Of a DNA stretch of 64,000 nucleotides, positions 24,145 through 33,994 are shown piece by piece; position 1 is the stretch's first letter, and each line of letters opens with the position of its first letter. Source of the stretch: Alphaproteobacteria bacterium (GTDB lineage Bacteria > Pseudomonadota > Alphaproteobacteria > JAAXGF01). Position numbers and translations under genes: made by a program. The DNA lies in the NCBI GenBank assembly GCA_963555825.3, contig CAUVXB020000001.1, positions 2,176,001 through 2,240,000 on the forward strand. Direction: 5' to 3'. Under the pieces are notes generated by a model that was not told where the DNA came from, did not search any database, and saw nothing but the letters and a program-made list of their open reading frames with translations.

Positions 24145-24717
24145 CTAATCGTTGCCAACGGTTCGATTCACGCGGCGGCGCGGAGACGCGGCGTAGACGA
24201 TTTGCCGGCGCAATGGGTCGCCTTCGGGCACGCGGGGATGGTCGAAATCGCGCGACGGATCACGGCTCATGCCGATGCGTTTCATGACGTTGACCGAAGA
24301 TGTGTTGGCCGTCGCGGTATAGGCGACGACTTCATCGATCCGCAGATTTGAGAAGCCATGGTCGAGCCATTTCTCGGCGGCTTCGGTGGCATAGCCGTTG
24401 CCGACGAATTGCGGATCGAGCTGCCAGCCGATTTCGAAATGCACATCATCCGAAAATGGCAAATAGTCCGGCACGGGCCGAATGCCGACGTCACCGATAA
24501 CGGCGCCGTCGGCTTTTCGCTCGACGACGGCATAGCCACAGCCTGTCTCGGTTATGGTCTCGATCTGCTTGTCGATGAAGTCGTCCGACTCGGCGGGCGT
24601 TACGACACCCGTATGATAGATCCGCGTTTGCGGGTTACCGGCGATCGTGGCGAACACGGGCCGATCTTCAGCGCGGTGGTTGCGGATGATGAGGCGCTCG
24701 GTTTCAAAGATGATCAA
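24145..24717 (-). CDS. GNAT (RimJ/RimL-type) N-acetyltransferase inside a repeat unit
   Basis: ETERLIIR, FEIGWQL, GNGYATEAA, N..S..VMKRIGM, DFDHP; TTG start after repeat-derived GGAGG. Confidence 0.9.
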   Translation of the reverse strand: MIIFETERLIIRNHRAEDRPVFATIAGNPQTRIYHTGVVTPAESDDFIDKQIETITETGCGYAVVERKADGAVIGDVGIRPVPDYLPFSDDVHFEIGWQLDPQFVGNGYATEAAEKWLDHGFSNLRIDEVVAYTATANTSSVNVMKRIGMSRDPSRDFDHPRVPEGDPLRRQIVYAASPRRRVNRTVGND

Positions 24718-24769
24718 TTAACCCCCCTCCGCGTCCTCCGCGCCTCCGCGTGCTCATCTTGAGCCGCAC

Positions 24770-25213
24770 CTAACGACCATCACCGTTTCGATTCACGCGG
24801 AGACGCGGAGACGCGGAGGGTTCAAGATCATTAACGATCCGCTTGAGTCCCTCTTTAAGCGTCGGCGCGCCGAAATTGATCAACAATCCGACCGACAAAT
24901 TCATGAGACGCAGATAGGTCAGCACCTGCTTCGGGTGAACGGATTGAAGCCGCTCGACCGACTTGATTTCAACGACAACGCGCGACTCGACCAGCAAATC
25001 CACGCGGAGCCCGTCATCGAAATGCAGGCCGTCATAGTCGAACGATACCGGTTTCTGCCGCTCGACCAGCAAGCCGCACCGCTGCAAATCGCGCGCCAGC
25101 ACCGTCTCATAGACTGACTCCAGCAAGCCCGGCCCAAGCCCCGTGTGTAGCTTGTATGCCGCGTCGACAATCTCGCCGGTGACGTCGTCCAATGATTCCG
25201 CCGTTGTCATCAA
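24770..25213 (-). CDS. GxxExxY protein (PD-(D/E)XK nuclease-like)
   Basis: LGPGLLESVYE motif, RVDLLVE...VEIK, QVLTYLR, GLLINFG. Confidence 0.93.
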   Translation of the reverse strand: MMTTAESLDDVTGEIVDAAYKLHTGLGPGLLESVYETVLARDLQRCGLLVERQKPVSFDYDGLHFDDGLRVDLLVESRVVVEIKSVERLQSVHPKQVLTYLRLMNLSVGLLINFGAPTLKEGLKRIVNDLEPSASPRLRVNRNGDGR

Positions 25214-25280
25214 TCTTCTCGGCGTCCTCCGCGCCTCCGCGTGCCCCGTCTAGCTGTTAACTGTTACCGGCCGTTTAAGT

Positions 25281-25429
25281 CACGCGGAGACGCGGAGTGC
25301 GCGGAGAACTCGAGATCATTCACGCCCCGTGCGAAACCCGTAAGCCGCGTCAACAATCTCGCCGGCGGCGCCGTCGAAAGCCTTTACTGTCACCATTAAA
25401 CTACTCCGCGTCCTCCGCGTCTCCGCGTG
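25281..25429 (-). mobile_element. Internally deleted miniature of the GxxExxY unit
   Basis: MVTVKAFDGAAGEIVDAAYGFRTG (N-terminal homolog) joined out of frame to VNDLEFSA (C-terminal homolog), with both flanking repeats kept. Confidence 0.8.
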
Positions 25430-25455
25430 CCCCCTATTGTTTCGCTGACGCCCGC

Positions 25456-27588
25456 CTATGGCCCGCGGCGGCGCTTCTTCGACTTGCGCTGCTGGAAGGC
25501 GCCGTGGCGGCCGCGGCCGTAGGGCTGGCCGGGCGCACCGACCTTGGCCTTGTGATGGCGCGGCACGACGCCGAGCTCGATCGCCTCGAGGCGCTGGATC
25601 TCGTCGCGCAGCCGGGCGGCCTCCTCGAACTCGAGGTCTGCGGCGGCGGCGCGCATGCGCTTGTTCAGATCGGCCAGGTGCGTCTTGAGGTTGTCGCCGA
25701 CCAGGTGAAGCACGTCGCCGGTGTCGACCGTCACGTAATCGGCCTCGGCGACCGAATGCAGGATGTCGTTGACCTGTTTGCGCACGCTCTCGGGCGTGAT
25801 GCCGTTGGCCGCGTTGAACGCCTGTTGCTTCTCGCGCCGCCGGTTGGTCTCGCCGATCGCCGCCTCCAGGCTCCGGGTCATCTTGTCGGCGTAGAGCACA
25901 ACGCGGCCGTCGATGTTGCGCGCGGCGCGGCCGATTGTCTGCACCAGCGAGGTCTGCGAGCGCAGGAAGCCCTCCTTGTCGGCGTCGAGGATGGCGACCA
26001 GCGCGCATTCCGGGATGTCGAGCCCCTCGCGCAACAGGTTGATGCCGACCAGCACGTCGAAGGCGCCGAGGCGCAGGTCGCGGATGATCTCGATACGCTC
26101 CAGGGTGTCGATGTCGGAATGCAGGTAGCGCACCCGGATGCCCGCCTCGTGCATGTACTCGGTGAGGTCCTCGGCCATGCGCTTGGTCAGCGTGGTGACC
26201 AGCACGCGTTGTCCCTTGGCGGCGCAGTCGCGGCACTCGGCCATCAGGTCGTCGACCTGGTTCTCGACCGGACGCACGATGCAGACCGGATCGATCAGCC
26301 CGGTCGGGCGGATCAGCTGCTCGGTGAAGACGCCGCCGGTGCGGCCGAGCTCCCACGGCCCCGGCGTCGCCGAGACGTAAATCGCCTGCGGCCGCATGGC
26401 GTCCCATTCCTCGAACTTCAGGGGCCGGTTGTCGATGCAGCTCGGCAGCCGGAAGCCGAAATCGGCGAGCGTCGATTTGCGGTTGAAGTCGCCGCGATAC
26501 ATGCCGCCCAGCTGGGGCACCGCGACGTGGCTCTCGTCGACGAAGATCAGCGCGTTGTCGGGCAGATACTCGATCAGTGTCGGCGGCGGCTCGCCCGGCG
26601 CGCGCCCGGTCAGGAAGCGTGAATAGTTCTCGATGCCGGCGCAGTGGCCGACCGTCTCGAGCATCTCCAGATCGAAGGTCGTGCGCTGCTCGAGCCGCTC
26701 GGCCTCCAAGAGCTTGCCGTTGTCGCGGAACCAGGCCAAACGCTCCTTGAGCTCGGCGCGGATGCCGACGATGGCCTGCTTGAGCGTCGGGCGCGGCGTC
26801 ACGTAGTGGCTGTTGGCGTAGACCTTGACCGCCTCGAGCGCCGCGGTCTTGTGGCCGGTCAGCGGGTCGAATTCGACGATCTCCTCGATCTCCTCGCCGA
26901 AGAGCGACAGCCGCCAGGCCCTGTCCTCGTAGTGCGCGGGGAATATCTCGACGACGTCGCCGCGCACCCGGAAGCAGCCGCGCGTGAAGTCCGCATCGTT
27001 GCGCCGGTACTGCAGCTCGACGAGTTGGCGCAGCAATTGCGCGCGGTCCACCTGGCCGCCGACCTTCAACTCGATGATCATCCGCGCGTAGGTCTCGGGC
27101 GAGCCGATGCCGTAGATGCACGACACCGAGGCGACGATGATGACGTTGTCGTTCTCGAGCAGCGCGCGGGTCGCCGAGTGGCGCATGCGGTCGATCTGCT
27201 CGTTGATCGAGGCGTCCTTCTCGATATAGGTGTCGGTGCGCGGCACGTAGGCCTCGGGCTGGTAGTAGTCATAATACGAGACGAAATACTCCGCCGCGTC
27301 GTCGGGGAAGAAATTCTTGAACTCGCCGTAGAGCTGGGCCGCCAGCGTCTTGTTCGGCGCCAGCACCAGCGCCGGCCGGCCGACCCGCTCGATCACCTTG
27401 GCCATGGTGTAGGTCTTGCCCGAGCCGGTGACGCCCAACAGCACCTGATCGCGCTCGCCTTGCGCCAGCCCGGCGACCAGCTCCTCGATCGCCTTCGGCT
27501 GATCCCCCGCCGGCCGGTAGTCGGAGACGAGGCGGAACGGGCCGGTTTTGGGCGGGGATGCGGGGTGCGTTGCAACTTGGCTTGGCAT
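25456..27588 (-). CDS. uvrB: Excinuclease ABC subunit B
   Basis: [33 protein letters not shown]-terminal UVR domain. Confidence 0.98.
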   Translation of the reverse strand: MPSQVATHPASPPKTGPFRLVSDYRPAGDQPKAIEELVAGLAQGERDQVLLGVTGSGKTYTMAKVIERVGRPALVLAPNKTLAAQLYGEFKNFFPDDAAEYFVSYYDYYQPEAYVPRTDTYIEKDASINEQIDRMRHSATRALLENDNVIIVASVSCIYGIGSPETYARMIIELKVGGQVDRAQLLRQLVELQYRRNDADFTRGCFRVRGDVVEIFPAHYEDRAWRLSLFGEEIEEIVEFDPLTGHKTAALEAVKVYANSHYVTPRPTLKQAIVGIRAELKERLAWFRDNGKLLEAERLEQRTTFDLEMLETVGHCAGIENYSRFLTGRAPGEPPPTLIEYLPDNALIFVDESHVAVPQLGGMYRGDFNRKSTLADFGFRLPSCIDNRPLKFEEWDAMRPQAIYVSATPGPWELGRTGGVFTEQLIRPTGLIDPVCIVRPVENQVDDLMAECRDCAAKGQRVLVTTLTKRMAEDLTEYMHEAGIRVRYLHSDIDTLERIEIIRDLRLGAFDVLVGINLLREGLDIPECALVAILDADKEGFLRSQTSLVQTIGRAARNIDGRVVLYADKMTRSLEAAIGETNRRREKQQAFNAANGITPESVRKQVNDILHSVAEADYVTVDTGDVLHLVGDNLKTHLADLNKRMRAAAADLEFEEAARLRDEIQRLEAIELGVVPRHHKAKVGAPGQPYGRGRHGAFQQRKSKKRRRGP

Positions 27589-27664
27589 GGGTTCTATATA
27601 GGGGCAAGGGGGTCAGAATTTCCAGGGTCGCGGCCCTGAAGGAACCAAAACAGCGGAGAATTCG

Positions 27665-29281
27665 ATGACCAAATCCATCTCACCACAAGCGCTCCACGAC
27701 GCGCTGACCGACGGCGGCGAGATCGCGCTTCTCGACGTGCGTGAGGAGGGCGTGTTCGCCAAGCGCCATATCCTGCGGGCGTGTCCGATGGCGCTGTCCA
27801 GGCTCGAGATCATGGTCGCCAAGCTGGTGCCCCGGCGCGGCTGCCGCGTCGTGCTATGCGATGCGGGGGATGGGCTCTCGGAGCGCGCCGCCGCGCGGCT
27901 CGCCGGGTTCGGTTATGGCGAGGTCGCGGTGCTCGCCGGCGGGGTCGAGGCTTGGGCGGCGGCAGGCTACGAGCTCTACGCCGGCGTCAACGTGCCGTCG
28001 AAGGCGTTCGGCGAGTTCGTCGAGGTGACCTATGGCACACCGCGCATCTCAGCCGCCGAGCTCGATGCGCGGCGCGCGGCGGACGACGACCTGGTCATCC
28101 TCGACAGCCGGCCGATGACCGAATTCCGCAACATGTCGATCCCGGGCGGGCTCGACTGTCCGGGCGCCGAGCTCGCATACCGGGTGCACGACGCGGTTTC
28201 GTCGGCCGCGACCACCGTGGTGGTCAACTGCGCCGGGCGGACGCGCTCGATCATCGGCGCCCAGTCGTTGATCAACGCCGGCGTCGCCAACCCGGTGGTC
28301 GCGCTCGAGAACGGCACCATGGGCTGGCACCTCGCCGGGCTCGAGTTGGCGCGCGGCGCCGAGCAGCGGGCACCCGAGGTCTCGGCGGACGGGCTCGAAA
28401 TATCCCGCGAAGCCGCCGCGCGGGTCGCCGCGCGCTTCGGCGTCAAGACAATCGACGCGGCTACGTTGGCGCGCTTCGAGGCCGAAAGCGACCAACGCAG
28501 CCTGTTCGTCTTCGACGTGCGCAACCCCGAGGAATTCGAGGCCGGCCACCGCGCGGGCGCGCGGCTCGCCGCCGGCGGCCAGCTGGTCCAGGCGACCGAC
28601 CGCTACGTCGGCACGCAGAACGCGCGCTTCGTGCTGGTCGACGACACCGGCGTGCGTGCCACCATGACCGCGTCGTGGCTGATCCAAATGGGCTGGCGCG
28701 ACACCTATGTGCTCGAAAGCGGTCTTGGCGTGCTGGCGGGCGGGCTGGGCGATGAACCGCTGGTGGCGGGGCCCGAGCCCGCCGAGGTGCTCGGCCTCGA
28801 GGCGATCGAATGCGGCGAGGTCACGGCCGCCGCGCTCGACGACTTGCTCGCCGCCGGCGAGGCCACGGTGGTCGACCTCGAGACGAGTCTCCGCTATCGC
28901 GACGGCCACATCCCGGGCGCCTGGTTCGCGGTGCGCGCGCGCTTTGCCGACAGCCTCGCCAGGGTGCCGGTCGCCGGTACGCTGGTGCTGACCTCGCCCG
29001 ACGGGCTGCTCGCCCGGCTCGCCGCGCCCGATTCCGCGGCGCTGACCGACGCTCCGGTCAAGCTGTTGGCCGGCGGCACCGAGGCGTGGCGCGCCGCCGG
29101 CCTGCCGCTCGAGACCGGGCATACGAACATGGCCGACGAGCCTGACGACATCTTCTACCGGCCCTACGACGACAGCCGCAGCGTCGAGCAGGCGATGAAC
29201 GACTATCTGGTCTGGGAGGTCGGCCTGGTCGAGCAGATCGCGCGCGACGGCACGATCGGTTTCGAGCCCTGGCCGGTATGA
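27665..29281 (+). CDS. Multi-domain rhodanese (sulfurtransferase)
   Basis: Four rhodanese repeats; VNVPSKAFGE, NCAGRTRS, GHIPGA. Confidence 0.9.
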   Translation: MTKSISPQALHDALTDGGEIALLDVREEGVFAKRHILRACPMALSRLEIMVAKLVPRRGCRVVLCDAGDGLSERAAARLAGFGYGEVAVLAGGVEAWAAAGYELYAGVNVPSKAFGEFVEVTYGTPRISAAELDARRAADDDLVILDSRPMTEFRNMSIPGGLDCPGAELAYRVHDAVSSAATTVVVNCAGRTRSIIGAQSLINAGVANPVVALENGTMGWHLAGLELARGAEQRAPEVSADGLEISREAAARVAARFGVKTIDAATLARFEAESDQRSLFVFDVRNPEEFEAGHRAGARLAAGGQLVQATDRYVGTQNARFVLVDDTGVRATMTASWLIQMGWRDTYVLESGLGVLAGGLGDEPLVAGPEPAEVLGLEAIECGEVTAAALDDLLAAGEATVVDLETSLRYRDGHIPGAWFAVRARFADSLARVPVAGTLVLTSPDGLLARLAAPDSAALTDAPVKLLAGGTEAWRAAGLPLETGHTNMADEPDDIFYRPYDDSRSVEQAMNDYLVWEVGLVEQIARDGTIGFEPWPV

Positions 29282-30135
29282 CCGCCTCGCCGCCCGTCTT
29301 CGACCTGCCGCTTACCGACGACGCGATCGCCGCCTATGGTTGCGACGGCGTGGTCATGGTGCGCGGCGTGTTCGACTCAAGCCTGCGCGCCGCGATGGCG
29401 GCCGGCATGGCGGCGGCCGAGCGACGACCGAGCCCGCGCACCGCCCTCTACACCGAGCCTGGCTCCGACCAGCGTTTTTTCTACGATGCGCCGATGTGGG
29501 GCGATCTCGCTCAGTTCGACGCCGTCGCGGCGAACTCGCCGGCGGCCGAGATTGCCGGACGGTTGATGGGCGGCGGCCAAGCGCGCTATTTCTACACGTC
29601 GCTCTTCCATCGCAGCCCGGGCACCGCGCGGCGCACGCCGTGGCACCAGGACGGACCGTACTGGTGCGCGCGCGGCACGGGCATCAGCTCGTGGACGCCG
29701 CTCGACCCCCTGCCCCGCGAATGCGCGCTCGAGTTCGTGCGCGGCTCGCACGCCTGGCGCGCCCGCTACCAGCGCCCCGACTTCAGCGCGATGGTCCGCG
29801 AAGGCTATCTCGAGGACGACGCCGTCGAGGACACCCCGCTGCCCGACATCGAGGCCGACCGCGGATCGTACGACATCATCGCCTGGGACATGGCCCCGGG
29901 CGACTGCGTCTTCTTTAGCTCGATGGTGCTGCACGGCGGCTGCGCGGTGCTGCCCGCCGGCCAGGACCTGCGCGCGGTGTCGATGCAATGGCTCGGCGAC
30001 GACGCGGTCTACCGCCCCCACCCGGGCGGCACCGACCCCGACGTCACCCCGGTGATCGAGGCGCAAGGCGTTTCGCCCGGCGACGCCATCGACTGTCCGG
30101 CCTGCCCGGTCTTGTGGCCGCGCGCCGCCGCTTAG
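29278..30135 (+). CDS. Phytanoyl-CoA dioxygenase (PhyH) family 2OG-Fe(II) oxygenase
   Basis: TPWHQD, LEFVRGSH, MAPGDCVFF...LHG. Confidence 0.9.
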   Translation: MTASPPVFDLPLTDDAIAAYGCDGVVMVRGVFDSSLRAAMAAGMAAAERRPSPRTALYTEPGSDQRFFYDAPMWGDLAQFDAVAANSPAAEIAGRLMGGGQARYFYTSLFHRSPGTARRTPWHQDGPYWCARGTGISSWTPLDPLPRECALEFVRGSHAWRARYQRPDFSAMVREGYLEDDAVEDTPLPDIEADRGSYDIIAWDMAPGDCVFFSSMVLHGGCAVLPAGQDLRAVSMQWLGDDAVYRPHPGGTDPDVTPVIEAQGVSPGDAIDCPACPVLWPRAAA

Positions 30136-30149
30136 ACGCGCTCGCGGCC

Positions 30150-31181
30150 ATGGTGGCTGCTGCGGCCACGCTCGCGCTCGCCGCTGGCCCGGCGCCGGGC
30201 GATGCGCTCGACCTTTGCTACGAGGCCGAGATCGCGCGCGCCGATGGCGAGGCCGAGCGCGCCATCGTCTACTACACGCGCTGCATCGCCGGCGGTGCGC
30301 TGGCGCCGGCCAACCTGGCGACCGCCTACAACAACCGGGGCGTCGCCTATCACGACCAGGGGCTCTACGACCAGGCCATCATCGATTACGGCCGCGCGAT
30401 CGACGTCCGGCCCGACTACGCCAACGCGTACTACAACCGGGGCGGCACCCGTCACGAAACCGGCGACTACGTGGCCGCGTTGGCCGACTTCGACGCCGCC
30501 ATCGGGCTCGCGCCAAACGACGCCGACGCCTATGTCGCGCGCGCCAACACGCATCACGACATCGGCGCGTTCGCAGCCGCGGTCGCCGACTACTCGGCCG
30601 CGCTCGAGCGTAGGCCGGGCGACGTCGTCGCGTTGAACAGTCGCGGCATCGCCTATGCCGACACCGGCGCCTACGCCCAGGCGCTCGCCGACTACGATAC
30701 GGCGATCGGACTGGCGCCCGGTTTCACCGAGGTGTTGCTCAACCGTGGTCGGACGCGTTTCTACATGGGCCGCTTCGCCGACGCCGTGCCCGACCTCGCC
30801 GCCGCCGTATCGGCCGAACCCGATGACGCCTACCGCAGGGCCTGGCTCTATCTGGCCGAGGCGCGCGCCGGCCACGGCGGCCAAAATGCGCTGGCCGCCA
30901 ACGCGGGGCGCCTCGACTTCGGCGTCTGGCCGGGCGCCGTGATCGCGCTGCTGCTCGGCCGCACCGACGTCGCGACGGTCGCCGGTTTCGGCGCGGGCTC
31001 GGCGAGCCGCGCCGGGCGCGAGCGACGCTGCGAGGCCTATTTCTACATCGGCCAGTACCAGCTTCTCGACGGCGACAGAGTGGGCGCGGCGCGGTCCTTC
31101 CGCAGCGTGCTCGAGACCGGCGTCACCAATTTCGTCGAGTACCAGGGCGCCCGCGCCGAACTGGCGCGGCTGGCGAACTGA
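30150..31181 (+). CDS. TPR protein, NlpI-like
   Basis: Repeated AYNNRG/AYYNRG TPR units; C-terminal CEAYFYIG...TNFVEY. Confidence 0.88.
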   Translation: MVAAAATLALAAGPAPGDALDLCYEAEIARADGEAERAIVYYTRCIAGGALAPANLATAYNNRGVAYHDQGLYDQAIIDYGRAIDVRPDYANAYYNRGGTRHETGDYVAALADFDAAIGLAPNDADAYVARANTHHDIGAFAAAVADYSAALERRPGDVVALNSRGIAYADTGAYAQALADYDTAIGLAPGFTEVLLNRGRTRFYMGRFADAVPDLAAAVSAEPDDAYRRAWLYLAEARAGHGGQNALAANAGRLDFGVWPGAVIALLLGRTDVATVAGFGAGSASRAGRERRCEAYFYIGQYQLLDGDRVGAARSFRSVLETGVTNFVEYQGARAELARLAN

Positions 31182-31415
31182 CACTTGGCTACAAGACGCC
31201 AAAAACGGAAGGTCGCGCGAATCGAACACTCAATCGGGTTCCGTCCACCGAACTCAATCGGTCGAACGACCGGCCCCCCAATCATCGGACGTGGCTTTCC
31301 ACCGATCATACAATCCTGCATTCGTTTTTCATTGCTACTTATAAAAGAAATTACTGATTTAAAACGCTATCATTGGCCACCGAGGATCATTGCGAAACCC
31401 AGTAGGGAGAGTTCG

Positions 31416-32441
31416 ATGCTATCATTCTTGAACACCAAAGGTTCGACTGCGGCACTGGCTCTAACGATTGTCCTTTCTCTCGCTGCAATGCCGACCATGG
31501 CGGTCGCGGACGATCGACTGCGCTTCATCGTCTTCGGCGACGCCCCCTACTCGGATGAGCAGAGTCGTGAACTGGAAGAAGACCTCGCTCCGATGATCCG
31601 GGAGGCCAAAGTTCCGTTCTTGATTCACTTGGGCGATTTCAAAGGTAGCAAGGAATCTTGCACCAAACTCTTGATCCGGAAGCGCTACAATCAGCTCATG
31701 AATTTGCATCCGAGACCGGTATTTTACACGCCGGGTGACAATGAATGGACCGATTGCGACCACACCAAAAAATTGGAACCGAAGGATCGGCGTCCCGAAT
31801 TGGAGCGACTCGATTTCCTGCGCACCCTAATCAGGTCCAGACCCCTGACGCTACCGGACGGTTGGAACTATGCCCGCCAACCGAATTTCCCCGAGAACGC
31901 GCGTTGGACGCAGGGTAAGGTGATGTTCGCGACCGTCCATATCGTCGGCACCAACAACGGCCGCCATTATATCGACAAGGATGATATCGAGAGGGCGCTG
32001 GACCTGGTGGACAAACGCGATGAAGCCAACCGGGTCTGGCTCAAGGAAGCTTTTGACGCGGCACATAAATACAACTCGGGCGCCGTGGTCATCGCTTCCC
32101 AGGCCGATGTGATAGATGTGGAAAATGACGTTCGCGACATGCCGTGCAGTCGCACCGTGCGCATGAGGTGCGATGCCTTTGCCCCATTCCGGGACCATCT
32201 AATGCGCCTCGCGGCCGGTTTCAAGAAGCCGGTGCTGTTTGTTCATGGCGACACCAAATGGTTTTGCCTCGACAAGACGTTTGGCGGGAAAATAGCTCCC
32301 TTGCTGTGGCGGCTCAATGCCCTGGGTGACACCACTTCTAAAGTCGACGCGACGGACATTACCGTGCGGTTCCACGATGAAAATCGGCCTTTCGAGATCA
32401 AGCCACTGACAACCGACGAGTCGCTCGAAAAATGCCGCTAA
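31416..32441 (+). CDS. Exported calcineurin-like metallophosphoesterase
   Basis: GDAPY, HLGDFK, TPGDNEWTDC, VHGD; lower GC than neighbours. Confidence 0.85.
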   Translation: MLSFLNTKGSTAALALTIVLSLAAMPTMAVADDRLRFIVFGDAPYSDEQSRELEEDLAPMIREAKVPFLIHLGDFKGSKESCTKLLIRKRYNQLMNLHPRPVFYTPGDNEWTDCDHTKKLEPKDRRPELERLDFLRTLIRSRPLTLPDGWNYARQPNFPENARWTQGKVMFATVHIVGTNNGRHYIDKDDIERALDLVDKRDEANRVWLKEAFDAAHKYNSGAVVIASQADVIDVENDVRDMPCSRTVRMRCDAFAPFRDHLMRLAAGFKKPVLFVHGDTKWFCLDKTFGGKIAPLLWRLNALGDTTSKVDATDITVRFHDENRPFEIKPLTTDESLEKCR

Positions 32442-32520
32442 TTCCGTTTGGATCGAGCCTCGACGTAGCGCGCCTCGAGCGCTTTGATTGAGCCCTGGAT
32501 CGACGTGACCTTGGCGCGGA

Positions 32521-33105
32521 TCACCGGATCGAGGGGTGCGCTTCGAAATGTTCGACGGTGCCCGCCTCCATGTCGAACTTCTGGCGCTCGGACTGGTGCG
32601 GGATCGCCGTGCCGTACAGGTGCAGGTGCATCTTGACGTCGTCGCCCGACATGTGGATCGAGTGGATGTCCTCGGGCATCAGGCAGACGCCGGCGCCGGG
32701 GCGCACGGTGATCTCCCGGGCGACGCGCAGCTCGGCCTTGCCGGCGGCCGTGTCCTCGCCGACGCGCTCATAGATCCTGTTGTGCTCGTCGCCGCGCACG
32801 CCGACCACGACCGCCCAGGTCTTGTGGTTGTGCGGCGGCGTGTTCTTCTCGTCGGTGCCGCAGTTGAGGTAGAGCGTGAAGCGGTGGTCGTCGTCCTCGC
32901 TCAACAGGTAGAGCTGGCTGTCGCGGCCGCTCTCGGGCGGCGTGTACTCGGCGTGCGGGAACAGATCGGTCCGGTCGCCGAGCTTGATCAACTCGGCGCG
33001 GATCGCCTCGAGCGCGGTACGGGTCACGCCCTGGGCCGCCTCGATCTCGCGCACCGCCGCGATGGTCTCGGCGACCGCCGTCGCCCGTGCCTCGGCAACG
33101 CTCAT
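32521..33105 (-). CDS. Thiol (cysteine) dioxygenase-family cupin
   Basis: TPPHNHKTWAVV, EDIHSI, HLHLYG. Confidence 0.85.
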   Translation of the reverse strand: MSVAEARATAVAETIAAVREIEAAQGVTRTALEAIRAELIKLGDRTDLFPHAEYTPPESGRDSQLYLLSEDDDHRFTLYLNCGTDEKNTPPHNHKTWAVVVGVRGDEHNRIYERVGEDTAAGKAELRVAREITVRPGAGVCLMPEDIHSIHMSGDDVKMHLHLYGTAIPHQSERQKFDMEAGTVEHFEAHPSIR

Positions 33106-33181
33106 GTCAGCCTCCGTCGTATCCCTGAATGTCCTCGGCCGATGATCGCGCAATCGGCCCGCGCCGTCCAGTCCGGTGCGT

Positions 33182-33994
33182 TCAATCGGGCAGCGTCTGG
33201 GCAAGCCGTCCACCGAGGCGCAATGGCTGGACGTCGAGCGCAAGCCCGGTGGTATCGTCGGTCTCGACCACGGTGCCGCACAGCGTTGCCTCGCCGAGCG
33301 CGGGCGTCAGTCGGCCGGTCGGCATCTGCCGCGTGAAGCGCGCGACCGCCAGCGACTTCTCCATGCCGATCACCGAATCATAATCGCCGCACATGCCGGC
33401 GTCGGTGTGATAGGCGGTGCCGCCGGGCAGGATCTGCGCGTCCGCGGTCGGCACGTGGGTGTGGCTGCCGACCGCGAGCGAGGCGCGGCCGTCGACGACA
33501 TGGCCGAGCGCCATCTTCTCGCTGGTCGCCTCGCCGTGGATGTCGACGACGCAGGCGGCCACCGTGCCGCCCAGCCGGTGTTGCGCCAGCGCGGCCTCGA
33601 CGGCGGCGAACGGATCGTCGAGCGTCGGCATGAACAACCGGCACATGACGTGCACGACCAGCACCTTGCGGCCCCGCTTCGCCTCGAACACCCCGGCGCC
33701 GCGCCCCGGTGTGCCCTTGGGATAGTTGAGCGGGCGCAGCAGCCGCGGGTCGCTGTCGATATAGGTGATGATCTCGCGCTGGTCCCAGACGTGGTTGCCG
33801 GTCGTGATGACGTCGGCGCCGGCGGCATAGAACTCGGCGCAGATCTTCGCCGTGATGCCAAAGCCGGCGGCCGCGTTCTCGCCGTTGAGCACGACGAAGT
33901 CGAGACCGAGTTCGTCGCGCAGGCCGGGCAGCCGGCCGGTCACCACGTCGCGTCCGGCGCGGCCGACGACGTCGCCGATGAACAGGATCTTCAC
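33182..33994 (-). CDS. ymdB: YmdB-like metallophosphoesterase (TIGR00282 type)
   Basis: GDVVG, NGENAA, TGNH, HGEATSEK, GSHTH. Confidence 0.9.
   Translation of the reverse strand: MKILFIGDVVGRAGRDVVTGRLPGLRDELGLDFVVLNGENAAAGFGITAKICAEFYAAGADVITTGNHVWDQREIITYIDSDPRLLRPLNYPKGTPGRGAGVFEAKRGRKVLVVHVMCRLFMPTLDDPFAAVEAALAQHRLGGTVAACVVDIHGEATSEKMALGHVVDGRASLAVGSHTHVPTADAQILPGGTAYHTDAGMCGDYDSVIGMEKSLAVARFTRQMPTGRLTPALGEATLCGTVVETDDTTGLALDVQPLRLGGRLAQTLPD

Larger units (their letters stand above)
23738..25429. repeat. Array of four units, each flanked by inverted CACGCGGAG(A/G)CGCGGAG repeats
   Basis: Left/right repeat pairs: 23738-23754/23832-23857, 24169-24193/24727-24752, 24794-24818/25218-25243, 25281-25306/25404-25429. 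Confidence 0.9.

Noticed and set aside
23738-25429. Possible CRISPR array or classical integron
   Set aside because: Repeats alternate in orientation with very uneven spacing; no attC RYYYAAC/GTTRRRY ends recognised and no intI
32438-32518. Short coding-like stretch (RAKVTSIQGSIKALEARYVEARSKRN*) on the minus strand
   Set aside because: Too short to assign; may be a gene remnant but cannot be supported
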